Below are positions 17,289 through 25,123 of a DNA stretch of 25,123 bases, in pieces; positions within the stretch are counted from its first letter, which is position 1, and the number at the start of each line of letters is the position of its first letter. The notes beneath the pieces were generated by a model. The model ran no database searches. It worked only from the letters and a program-made list of their open reading frames with translations, and was not told the origin of the DNA. Origin of the DNA: an uncultured Cytophagia bacterium (GTDB taxonomy: Bacteria; Zhuqueibacterota; Zhuqueibacteria; Oceanimicrobiales; CAZMEG01). Position numbers and translations under genes: made by a program. The DNA is taken from the NCBI GenBank assembly GCA_964565205.1, contig CAZMEG010000001.1, forward strand, positions 1 through 25,123. The letters are read 5' to 3'.

Positions 17289-18926
17289 ATGAACTATTTA
17301 GATTGGTCTGTCATCCTGGTTTATATTGCCATGGTTATTGGCATGGCACTTTACCTGACTCGGAAGCAGCGTAACATGGATGATTATTATCTGGCTGGCA
17401 GAAAGATAAAATGGTGGCAGTCAGGTGCTTCGACCATGGCCACACAACTGGGTGCTATTAGTTTCATTTCAGCACCTGCTTTTGTGGCTCTCAAAGATGG
17501 TGGTGGACTGAAGTGGCTGTGTTACGAATTTGGCGTCCCACTGGCTCTCATTCTGGTTATGGCGTTGATCATTCCGGTTTTTCATAAACACAATTATATC
17601 AGTATTTATGAATACCTTGAAGATCGCTTTGATGGGAACACACGCACTCTGGTGAGTTTGTTATTTCAGCTTGGTCGAGGGTTGGCCACGGCCGTTTCAG
17701 TGCTTGCCGGCGGCCTCGTCCTTTCTACCGCCTTAAATATATCCACAGAAATTGCTATCATTTTAATAGGTCTGACTACCTTAGTTTATGATGTCCTGGG
17801 TGGCATTCGTGTGGTAATTTTAAGTGACGTTTTACAAATGGTGATTATAGCAGCAGGAATTGTGATTTGTGGAGGTGTAGCCCTGTATCTGGTGGGCTGG
17901 AATCACGCCTGGTCCCTGCTGGCGCCCGAACGATTTCACATCCTTGATTTTAAACACTGGGGCTTATCATCTGAAGGGAGCTATGCCTTCTGGCCTATGG
18001 CTATCGGGGGTATTTTCCTTTATGCCTCTTATTATGGATGTGATCAAAGTCAGGTACAGCGAGAACTCACCGTTGGAAGCGTGGATGATGTGCGAAAATC
18101 TTTAATGTTTAATGCCGTGGGGCGCTTTCCTTTAGTGCTGATGTATTGCCTCATGGGTGTTTTTGTGGGAGCCATTTTTATGTCACCAGATTCTTTCGGT
18201 CACGTGGCTTCGGCTATGAATATGGATGATGGCTCCCTTACCCAGTTGTTGAAAAAAGATCCCGATCGCATGGTTCCAATTTTTATTTTATCCTATCTTC
18301 CCAACGGGTTGATTGGCTTTATATTTGTAGCCATTATGGCGGCTCTCATGTCCAGTCTGGATTCTGCCTTAAACTCTTTGAGTGCGGTGACCATGCGCGA
18401 TTTTTATCAAAAGTATATTAACAAGGAGATTGACCAGCGCCGTTCTCTTATCATCTCCAAATTGATTACGTTGTTCTGGGGAATATTCTGTATCGTGGCC
18501 GCGCTAATATTTGGTGCCTTTGGTGAAGCCACCCGCCAAACTACCATTGTTTTGATTAATGCCGTAGGTAGTTTACTCTATGGACCCATTCTGGCCGCAT
18601 TTTTACTGGGTATGTTCACCAGAAAGGTGGGAGCCGGTGCAGTCAAAATGGGAGTGATTTCGGGCATATTTTTGAATATTTGTCTATGGCTGTTCACACA
18701 TATCTCCTGGTTGTGGTGGAATTTTACCGGGTTTGCCGCTTCGGTAGCTACGGCTCTTATTTTTTCCGCTTTTGTAGAGCAGACTTCCACGTCTAAAACC
18801 ACAGACGCCTTATTGTTTGAAACAGCCTCCCGGAAATGGCGCAATATTTATAAATTCGTGGTAGCTTATTTTTTCTTCATTATTCTGTTGTGTTACCTAA
18901 TTCAGCAGTCCGGATTGAGTAAATAA
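17289..18926 (+). CDS. Sodium:solute symporter (SSS/SLC5 family)
   Basis: About 13-14 hydrophobic segments; 'DYYLAGR', 'SIYEYLEDRF', 'GGIRVVILSDVLQ', 'DQSQVQR', 'AALMSSLDSALNS'. Confidence 0.93.
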   Translation: MNYLDWSVILVYIAMVIGMALYLTRKQRNMDDYYLAGRKIKWWQSGASTMATQLGAISFISAPAFVALKDGGGLKWLCYEFGVPLALILVMALIIPVFHKHNYISIYEYLEDRFDGNTRTLVSLLFQLGRGLATAVSVLAGGLVLSTALNISTEIAIILIGLTTLVYDVLGGIRVVILSDVLQMVIIAAGIVICGGVALYLVGWNHAWSLLAPERFHILDFKHWGLSSEGSYAFWPMAIGGIFLYASYYGCDQSQVQRELTVGSVDDVRKSLMFNAVGRFPLVLMYCLMGVFVGAIFMSPDSFGHVASAMNMDDGSLTQLLKKDPDRMVPIFILSYLPNGLIGFIFVAIMAALMSSLDSALNSLSAVTMRDFYQKYINKEIDQRRSLIISKLITLFWGIFCIVAALIFGAFGEATRQTTIVLINAVGSLLYGPILAAFLLGMFTRKVGAGAVKMGVISGIFLNICLWLFTHISWLWWNFTGFAASVATALIFSAFVEQTSTSKTTDALLFETASRKWRNIYKFVVAYFFFIILLCYLIQQSGLSK

Positions 18927-18934
18927 TCCCATAC

Positions 18935-21900
18935 ATGAACCCCATGACGGTAATTCACCTTATTTCGCACAATCACTGGGACCGGGAATGGATTTTTACT
19001 GCTCGCTATGTTAACACCTGGCTGGTGCCTTTTTTTGAAAATCTATTTAAAATGTTACAAAGCTATTCCGGTTATCGTTTTGTCCTGGATGGTCAGACGC
19101 TCATGATTGAAGATTATTTGAATCAGTTGCCTGAATCTGCACGAAAGGCACAGGAGGAGAAAATCCGAAAATATGTGAAATCGGGTAGACTTCTGATTGG
19201 GCCGGCTTACTTGCAGCCCGATTGGGGACTGGTGAGCGGCGAAGCTCTGGTGAGAAATTTCCTCATCGGTCACCGGATGGCGCGGCGCCTGGGTGGTGTC
19301 ATGCCGGTAGCGTGGATGCTGGACAATTTCGGTCAAATCGCTCAGGCTCCCCAAATTTGTCGGGGTTTTGAGATCGAAGGCGCTTTTGTCTGGCGAGGCC
19401 CGGAACTTCCCCCGCAAGAGATCAAGACCGAATTCTGGTGGGAATCTCCGGATGGTTCAAAGATTCTGGCCATTTACCTGATTAACAGCTACCGAAATGC
19501 CATGACCCTGGCTTTAACTCGGGAGATTGCCAGAGAAAGAATCCTCTCCCAGGTTCAAGCTCTGCTACCGCTGGCTACAACCCCCAATGTTTTACTGATG
19601 AACGGTTACGAGCAAGTGCCCTGGCCAGACGATATCCTGCCCATCCTGGAGACCCTCAATAGAGAACTGGAAGAAATGGAACCGCAGATGAAATGCATAC
19701 AAAGTACTCCAACCGAATACCTGGAGGCTATTCGACGTTGTAATCCGGATTTACCCACCCTGCAGGACTATTTTTACAGCGGTAAATATGCCCCTATCCT
19801 GAAGGGAGTTTTTTCCAGCCGAATGCACCTGAAATTACAAAATTATATCTGTCAGCAGGAACTGGAACGCTGGGCGGAACCTTTTGCCACCTGGGCCTGG
19901 CTCCTGGGTTCCCCTTACCCCCAAAATAAGCTGGAGGAAGCCTGGAAAACCCTGCTGTTAAATCATACCCACGATGACATCTGCGGCTGCTGTATCGATC
20001 CTATCGCCCGGGATATGCAAGACCGGTTTGTACAGGTTCATAACACGGTCACTCATTTAACGGAAGAAAGTTTGAGCACCATTACCCAATTCATCGATAC
20101 TCGTAAAGACAACTGCACCTTAGCTCTGGTAGTTTTCAATCCCTCATGCCATCCCCGTACCGAAGTGCTTGGATTAAACATCCATTTACCCCGGCAGATA
20201 AAATCATTTTCTATAATTAATGCGCAGGGTAAGCTCGTCCCTTATCAAATGATAAAAAGAGAAGAAGAATATGCACAATTGTACCTTTTAACCGAAGAGG
20301 TACCCTCCTTGGGCTATAAGACCTTTTACCTCAAGCCGGCAGGTTTTAACAACGAAGTGTCTGCAAAGGTACATGCGTCTGAAAAAGATGGAACCCTGGA
20401 GAACGAATGGTTAAAAGTCCAGATCCAGCCCAATGGAAGTTTGACCCTGACCAGCAAAAAGACCGGAAAGATTTATGAGAATCTTGGCTATTTTGAGGAT
20501 GGTGGGGATTGTGGCGATACGTATGACTATTCACCTCCGCCCAGGGATGTTCTCATAACCAGTTTGCAGGAAAAAGCAAAAATAACCTTAGAACTTTCGG
20601 GACCGTTGCTTGCTCGATTCCGCGTCCAACTTACTCTAAATCTGCCTGAAAGTTTAACGAAAGATAGAAAGAGGCGCAAACACAAAACCCGCGCCTTTCA
20701 TGTGATTAATTATGTGCAGCTCAGGGCACATTCCCCCTGGGTTGAAGTGACTACCGTGTTTAATAATGTGGTGAAAGATCACCGCCTGCGCATCCTCTTT
20801 CCCACCTCCATTCAGGCACAGTATTGTTGTGCCGGTGAACCATTTGACCTTGCGCATTTTTCATTATCCTCGGAAGAAATTCATGAAGAGATGCCGGAAA
20901 AACTAAAACAGCTCATGCTGGCTGGAAAGTACACGGTGCCAGTTAAGACCCGAGTCTTTCAACATTTCGTAAGCTTACAGGATGAAGAAAAAGGTCTGGC
21001 TATCTTAACTTCTGGGCTTACCGAACATGAAATTCTCCAGAAGAACACTATTGCCCTAACCTTGCTTCGCTCGGTGGGTTGGCTGGCGCGTGCGGATCTC
21101 CCCATCCGCCAGGGTGATGTGGGCCCGCAAATTTTCACCCCGGAAGCCCAGTGTCTGGGGGCGCATACTTTTTCCTATGCCATTTACCCTTACAGCGGTG
21201 CCCAGAAAGAAACTCAGATACCTAAAGAGGCGGAGAATCATAATCTTAAATTAAAAGCCGTACAAACCGTACCAAGAACTGGAGTACTGACCGGGGAGTC
21301 TTCTTTAATACGCTGGGAATCCCAGCGTCCGAATCATGCCTTTATAATGACGGCTTTAAAGCAAGCGGAAGACGGCGAGGGTGTTATTTTCCGATTTTTC
21401 AATGCATGTAATCAGAAAGCCAGTGGCGAACTCAAAATCTGGCCTGGGGCCGTGAAAGTTTTTAAGGTTAAATTAAACGAACAGATTCAGGAAGAGCTGG
21501 ATATAAAAAATGGGATGGTTCATGTAGATGCAAGAGCTAAAGAAATTGTCACCCTGAAAATTGTCAGTAAACAGAACCGAGACCTGAAAAAGCACCCAAC
21601 CAGAACAACCGCCTGGATACTCCATTCACCCATATTTGAAAAAAAACTCCCAAAGGTTCCTCAACCGCCGGTGATTACCCTGCAAGAATTACAGGCCGAA
21701 GAAAAAAGAGCTCGCACCCTCAAGGAAGAGCTGGAAAGGATCAAGCAGAAAGTTCAAGAACTGGAGGCCCGGGTGGCATCATCCACCGATAAGGCGATTC
21801 CCCTGCTGGCCAAACTTCAAAGAATGAAAGCCGGGATGGCAACGCTCAAAAGGCAATATTTTGAGGCCCATATCTCCGTACTTTTAAACAGGCAACTTTA

Positions 21901-22030
21901 CACCGAACAGGAGATAGATAGAGAATTGCGGGAGATAGGGGAAGAATATTGTATCGCTCGGACCATCAAACGGGTCAATGATTTTCTTTGTCATTATTAT
22001 GAACATTTAGTCGGCGAGTTGAATCCTTAA
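18935..22030 (+). CDS. GH38 alpha-mannosidase (MngB-like), cytoplasmic, with C-terminal coiled-coil extension
   Basis: Zn-binding 'HNHWDREW', 'FVLDGQT', 'GEALVRN', nucleophile motif 'DNFG' (D130), 'NHTHDDICGC', 'TLLRSVGWL'. No signal peptide. Confidence 0.93.
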   Translation: MNPMTVIHLISHNHWDREWIFTARYVNTWLVPFFENLFKMLQSYSGYRFVLDGQTLMIEDYLNQLPESARKAQEEKIRKYVKSGRLLIGPAYLQPDWGLVSGEALVRNFLIGHRMARRLGGVMPVAWMLDNFGQIAQAPQICRGFEIEGAFVWRGPELPPQEIKTEFWWESPDGSKILAIYLINSYRNAMTLALTREIARERILSQVQALLPLATTPNVLLMNGYEQVPWPDDILPILETLNRELEEMEPQMKCIQSTPTEYLEAIRRCNPDLPTLQDYFYSGKYAPILKGVFSSRMHLKLQNYICQQELERWAEPFATWAWLLGSPYPQNKLEEAWKTLLLNHTHDDICGCCIDPIARDMQDRFVQVHNTVTHLTEESLSTITQFIDTRKDNCTLALVVFNPSCHPRTEVLGLNIHLPRQIKSFSIINAQGKLVPYQMIKREEEYAQLYLLTEEVPSLGYKTFYLKPAGFNNEVSAKVHASEKDGTLENEWLKVQIQPNGSLTLTSKKTGKIYENLGYFEDGGDCGDTYDYSPPPRDVLITSLQEKAKITLELSGPLLARFRVQLTLNLPESLTKDRKRRKHKTRAFHVINYVQLRAHSPWVEVTTVFNNVVKDHRLRILFPTSIQAQYCCAGEPFDLAHFSLSSEEIHEEMPEKLKQLMLAGKYTVPVKTRVFQHFVSLQDEEKGLAILTSGLTEHEILQKNTIALTLLRSVGWLARADLPIRQGDVGPQIFTPEAQCLGAHTFSYAIYPYSGAQKETQIPKEAENHNLKLKAVQTVPRTGVLTGESSLIRWESQRPNHAFIMTALKQAEDGEGVIFRFFNACNQKASGELKIWPGAVKVFKVKLNEQIQEELDIKNGMVHVDARAKEIVTLKIVSKQNRDLKKHPTRTTAWILHSPIFEKKLPKVPQPPVITLQELQAEEKRARTLKEELERIKQKVQELEARVASSTDKAIPLLAKLQRMKAGMATLKRQYFEAHISVLLNRQLYTEQEIDRELREIGEEYCIARTIKRVNDFLCHYYEHLVGELNP

Positions 22031-22041
22031 AGGAAGTAAAT

Positions 22042-22830
22042 ATGGGGAAAAAACATCAAATTACAGTAGCCCTGGCTCAATTTGCTCCCCAATGGAAAGA
22101 ATTGGAAGAGAATATGGAATGGATGTTTAAAATGATAAAGGAAGCAGGTAAGGTTGGGGCTCATCTGGTGATTTTTCCAGAACTGTCATATACGGGTTAT
22201 CCTCATGAAACGACTCCAGAAGAACTTGCATCTCTGGCAGAAACGCTTCCTTCCTCTCACAGTCGAAATCTGGCCCGGGAAGCACGTAACTATAATCTGG
22301 CTGTGGTCTATGGGATGCTGGAGAAGGCGCCCCATGGAGCATACAATACGGTGGTCTGGCTGGAAAAAGACCTTCTGTTTCGTTACCGGAAGACTCATGT
22401 TCACTGGAATGAAAAGTTTACGCCTGGCGAGGAATTCCCACTTTTTCCAAGTCATCTGGGAACATGCGGGGCGTTAGTTTGCTTTGATCTGGCTTTCCCC
22501 GAGACAGCCAGAACTTTAGCGCTTAAAGGAGCCACCATGATTGTGGCTCCATCGGCAGTACCAGAAGAATTCAAAAAAATAAATCGTCAGCGGGTGATTG
22601 CCCGTGCGCTAGATAATCAAATCTTTGTATTCTACTGCAATTATACAGGTGACCATTATGGCGGTGGAAGTCTGATTGTAGGTCCTGGAGGTGACATTTT
22701 GTTGGAAGCGACAGAAGCCCCCGGTCTCTATTTTCAGACTATTGATTTAAGTCAGATCGACTACTGGCGCCATCACGAACGTATCTATGAGCATTTGCAG
22801 TTTGAATTAATATTTCACAAAAAAAATTAA
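22042..22830 (+). CDS. Carbon-nitrogen hydrolase (nitrilase superfamily, probable amidase)
   Basis: Catalytic triad E47 (FPEL), K117 (YRKTH), C147 (VCFDLAFPE); 'RALDNQIFV'. SD AAGGA at the GH38 stop. No signal peptide. Confidence 0.93.
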   Translation: MGKKHQITVALAQFAPQWKELEENMEWMFKMIKEAGKVGAHLVIFPELSYTGYPHETTPEELASLAETLPSSHSRNLAREARNYNLAVVYGMLEKAPHGAYNTVVWLEKDLLFRYRKTHVHWNEKFTPGEEFPLFPSHLGTCGALVCFDLAFPETARTLALKGATMIVAPSAVPEEFKKINRQRVIARALDNQIFVFYCNYTGDHYGGGSLIVGPGGDILLEATEAPGLYFQTIDLSQIDYWRHHERIYEHLQFELIFHKKN

Positions 22831-22854
22831 CCTAATCGTACAAATTTAAATGCG

Positions 22855-24174
22855 TTAAAGCTCTGCAATCTGGATCTGAGCACCCAGAGCCCGGAGGCGT
22901 TCATCTAAATTCACATAGCCGCGTTCAATGTGTTCGATACCGCTCATCTGGCTAACGCCGCTGGCGGTTAGTGCCGCCTGTACCAGGGTAGCACCGGCGC
23001 GGACATCGGTAACCTGCATCGGAATTCCATGGAGCTTACAGGGACCGGAAATTCTTACCGCATGATAATAGTGGGGTTGATTATCTTCCCAGTTAAAATT
23101 GTAAAACTGATGAGGATCAGACACCGGTGGGTTAAATAATTCGATCCGGGCGCCCATTTTTTTTAAAGCCTCTACATAAGCAAAACGATTTTCAAACACG
23201 GTTTCATGAATTTCGCTGATGCCATGAGCCTGAGTCATCAACGTGGTGAGTAACGGTTGCCAGTCGCTCATGATGCCCGGATGAGGAGAGGTTTGAACCT
23301 GAATTGTTTGAAGTTCTTGACTAAACCATATATGTAAATCCTCACTATTCAGGGAAAAACCTGCTTTGATTTTCGGAAGTAGAGCAAGAAAAGCCTGGAT
23401 GTGTGTCTTATTGATTCCTCTAATATGTACATCTCCTTTTGTGGCTAAAGCCATACAGGCAAAGGAAACCGCCTCATTCCGATCGTTCATAATGCGGTGA
23501 CGCACACCACGCAAAGATTGTCCACCCTGAATGATAATTGTCCGTGGAGCCATTCGCTGTACCCTGGCTCCCAATTTTTGCAGGAATGAAATCATATCAT
23601 CCACTTCCGGTTCCTGTGCCGCATTTTCCAGAATGGTTTCCCCCGAAGCATTGACAGCAGCCAGAATTAAAGTTTCGGTTCCTGTGTGGGTGTTTTTGGG
23701 AAAAATAAATCGTGTCCCACGCAATTTTCCCCGTACAAGAATTCCATGATCTTGTTGCACTACTTCGGCACCCAGGGCTTTCAGACCAGCAATATGTCGG
23801 TCCAGTGGTCGCCTACCAATGCGGTCGCCACCAGGCAGGGGTAAAAAGACCTCCTCACAACGGTTAAGTAGAGGCCCTACAAACATAAAAGAAGCTCTGG
23901 ATTGTCGAGCCAGTTCCACGGGTAAAGTACAACCATCGACTTTGTCAGGATAAATGACCAGGGTATCTTCGCCAAGCCAGACCACCTCCCCTCCCAGGTA
24001 CCGAATCATTTCAACAGCCAGATGGACATCTCCTACTCGTGGTACATTTTCCAGGATAGTTTCGCCCTGCCCCAGGAGTGCGGCAATCATCAATTTAAAA
24101 GCTACATTTTTCGCACCACTTACCGTAATTTCTCCTTTGAGAGGCACACCACCTTCAATGATCCAGCGCTTCAT
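22855..24174 (-). CDS. murA: UDP-N-acetylglucosamine 1-carboxyvinyltransferase (Asp-type active site)
   Basis: 'GAKN', 'LPGGDRIGRRPLDRH', 'NAAQEPEV', 'PHPG..DWQP', 'ETVFENRF', 'DVRAGA', 'IERGY'. Confidence 0.96.
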   Translation of the reverse strand: MKRWIIEGGVPLKGEITVSGAKNVAFKLMIAALLGQGETILENVPRVGDVHLAVEMIRYLGGEVVWLGEDTLVIYPDKVDGCTLPVELARQSRASFMFVGPLLNRCEEVFLPLPGGDRIGRRPLDRHIAGLKALGAEVVQQDHGILVRGKLRGTRFIFPKNTHTGTETLILAAVNASGETILENAAQEPEVDDMISFLQKLGARVQRMAPRTIIIQGGQSLRGVRHRIMNDRNEAVSFACMALATKGDVHIRGINKTHIQAFLALLPKIKAGFSLNSEDLHIWFSQELQTIQVQTSPHPGIMSDWQPLLTTLMTQAHGISEIHETVFENRFAYVEALKKMGARIELFNPPVSDPHQFYNFNWEDNQPHYYHAVRISGPCKLHGIPMQVTDVRAGATLVQAALTASGVSQMSGIEHIERGYVNLDERLRALGAQIQIAEL

Positions 24175-25081
24175 CCCATTCTCCCAGATAACGTATCTCT
24201 TCTTTTAGCTTTATACCAAATTTTTCCACAACACGCGATTTGGCAAGACGGATCAGGGCTCTAATGTCGCTGGCTGTGGCATGACCTCGATTTAAAATAA
24301 AATTAGCATGCATCTCAGAAATTTCCGCGCCCCCGATTCGGTAGCCCTTTAAACCACAGGCTTCGATTAAACGCCCGGCGAAATCGCCTGGCGGATTTTT
24401 GAAAACCGAACCGGTGCTGGGTCCACCAGGTTGATTTTGACGCAAATCTAAAAGTTCCTGCATCTTATTTTCAATGGTAGCCCTCTCACCGGGATAACCT
24501 TTCAGCCAGGCCGTAAGAACGATATCTCCTGACTGTTTGAGACTGCTGCTTCGATAATCGAATATTATTTGTCTGGCATCCAAAATTCTGTCCTGACCTT
24601 CGCGGGTTAAGACGCGGACTTTGTTTAAAATATGGCTCATCCATTGCTCACGCGTGCCGGCGTTACCAAATACAGCCGCTCCGACCGTGCCCGGAATACC
24701 AATGAGAATTTCCAGGCCTCCTACTCCCTGTTCTGCAGCCCGCCGGGCAAGCAGTGCCAGATTGGTGCCGGAATCTGCTTCTACCACATAATCTGGATGA
24801 AAAACGATGCGCTCGGCCCGATTCAATATGACCAGCCCCCGAATGCCTCGGTCAGAAACCAGCACATTGGCACCAAAACCCAGGATGGTCACCGGCTGCT
24901 TAAAAAGTCGAGCGGATCGCACAGCCTCAATCAATTCTGAAACATCTTTTGCTGTAAAAAAAATATCAGCCGGTCCACCGACTTTCCAGTTGCAGTGGCG
25001 ACTGAGCGGTTGATTGGTAAAAACCCGCTGTTCACCAAATTTAGAAATCAGATGCGTATATAACGCTATCTTAGCTTGCAT
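24155..25081 (-). CDS. murB: UDP-N-acetylmuramate dehydrogenase
   Basis: 'VGGPAD', 'GFGANVLVSD', 'IPGTVGAAVFGNAG', 'FDYRSS', 'QP..PSTGSVFKNP', 'HANFILN', 'LKEEIRYLG'. Overlaps the murA start by 20 nt. Confidence 0.96.
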   Translation of the reverse strand: MQAKIALYTHLISKFGEQRVFTNQPLSRHCNWKVGGPADIFFTAKDVSELIEAVRSARLFKQPVTILGFGANVLVSDRGIRGLVILNRAERIVFHPDYVVEADSGTNLALLARRAAEQGVGGLEILIGIPGTVGAAVFGNAGTREQWMSHILNKVRVLTREGQDRILDARQIIFDYRSSSLKQSGDIVLTAWLKGYPGERATIENKMQELLDLRQNQPGGPSTGSVFKNPPGDFAGRLIEACGLKGYRIGGAEISEMHANFILNRGHATASDIRALIRLAKSRVVEKFGIKLKEEIRYLGEWDEALDH

Positions 25082-25122
25082 TATTTATAAATTTTATCCA
25101 AAAGAAGATCAGTTGGCAACAT
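25081..25122 (-). CDS. Possible 3' end of an upstream gene (truncated by the window edge)
   Basis: Open frame ...MLPTDLLLDKIYK* whose TAA (25083-25081) overlaps the murB ATG as TAATG, the usual translational-coupling geometry. Too short to identify. Confidence 0.35.
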   Translation of the reverse strand: MLPTDLLLDKIYK

Positions 25123-25123
25123 A

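Noticed and set aside
18817-18828. TTTGAAACAGCC resembling the MITE right terminus
   Set aside because: Lies in-frame inside the SSS gene with no partner arm or core homology, so it is likely chance.
22818-22826. A8 run at the amidase 3' end as a phase-variation site
   Set aside because: It lies within the last three codons, so slippage would barely alter the protein.

Overview
Bacterial chromosomal window with no rRNA, tRNA or CRISPR array that I can support. It has three parts. (1) Two minus-strand housekeeping operons, each with a clear sigma70-type promoter: porX-like PglZ response regulator-tsaE-tsaB-rimI-accD-surE-guaA, and glmS-(TPR + periplasmic-binding LpoA-like protein)-phasin-like gene. 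(2) A plus-strand accessory catabolic locus (12335-22830): ECF sigma factor, FecR anti-sigma, TonB-dependent transducer with no SusD partner, sodium:solute symporter, cytoplasmic GH38 (MngB-like) alpha-mannosidase with a ~150-aa C-terminal coiled-coil extension, and a nitrilase-superfamily amidase. A divergent SAM methyltransferase sits just upstream. (3) A convergent murB-murA pair outside any visible dcw cluster; MurA has Asp at the fosfomycin-target Cys position and a ~22-aa insertion. Non-coding features include two copies of a ~100-bp palindromic MITE/REP-like element (4225-4337, 17154-17264) and a ~335-bp mosaic of 7/8/10-nt micro-repeats with a nested hairpin (11061-11395). FCB-type gene content combined with strong Shine-Dalgarno sites and a TTGACA promoter suggests a non-Bacteroidota FCB lineage such as KSB1 or Calditrichota (inference only). 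The best candidate for an undescribed system is the catabolic locus, which I hypothesise scavenges a small amide-bearing alpha-mannoside such as the osmolyte mannosylglyceramide.
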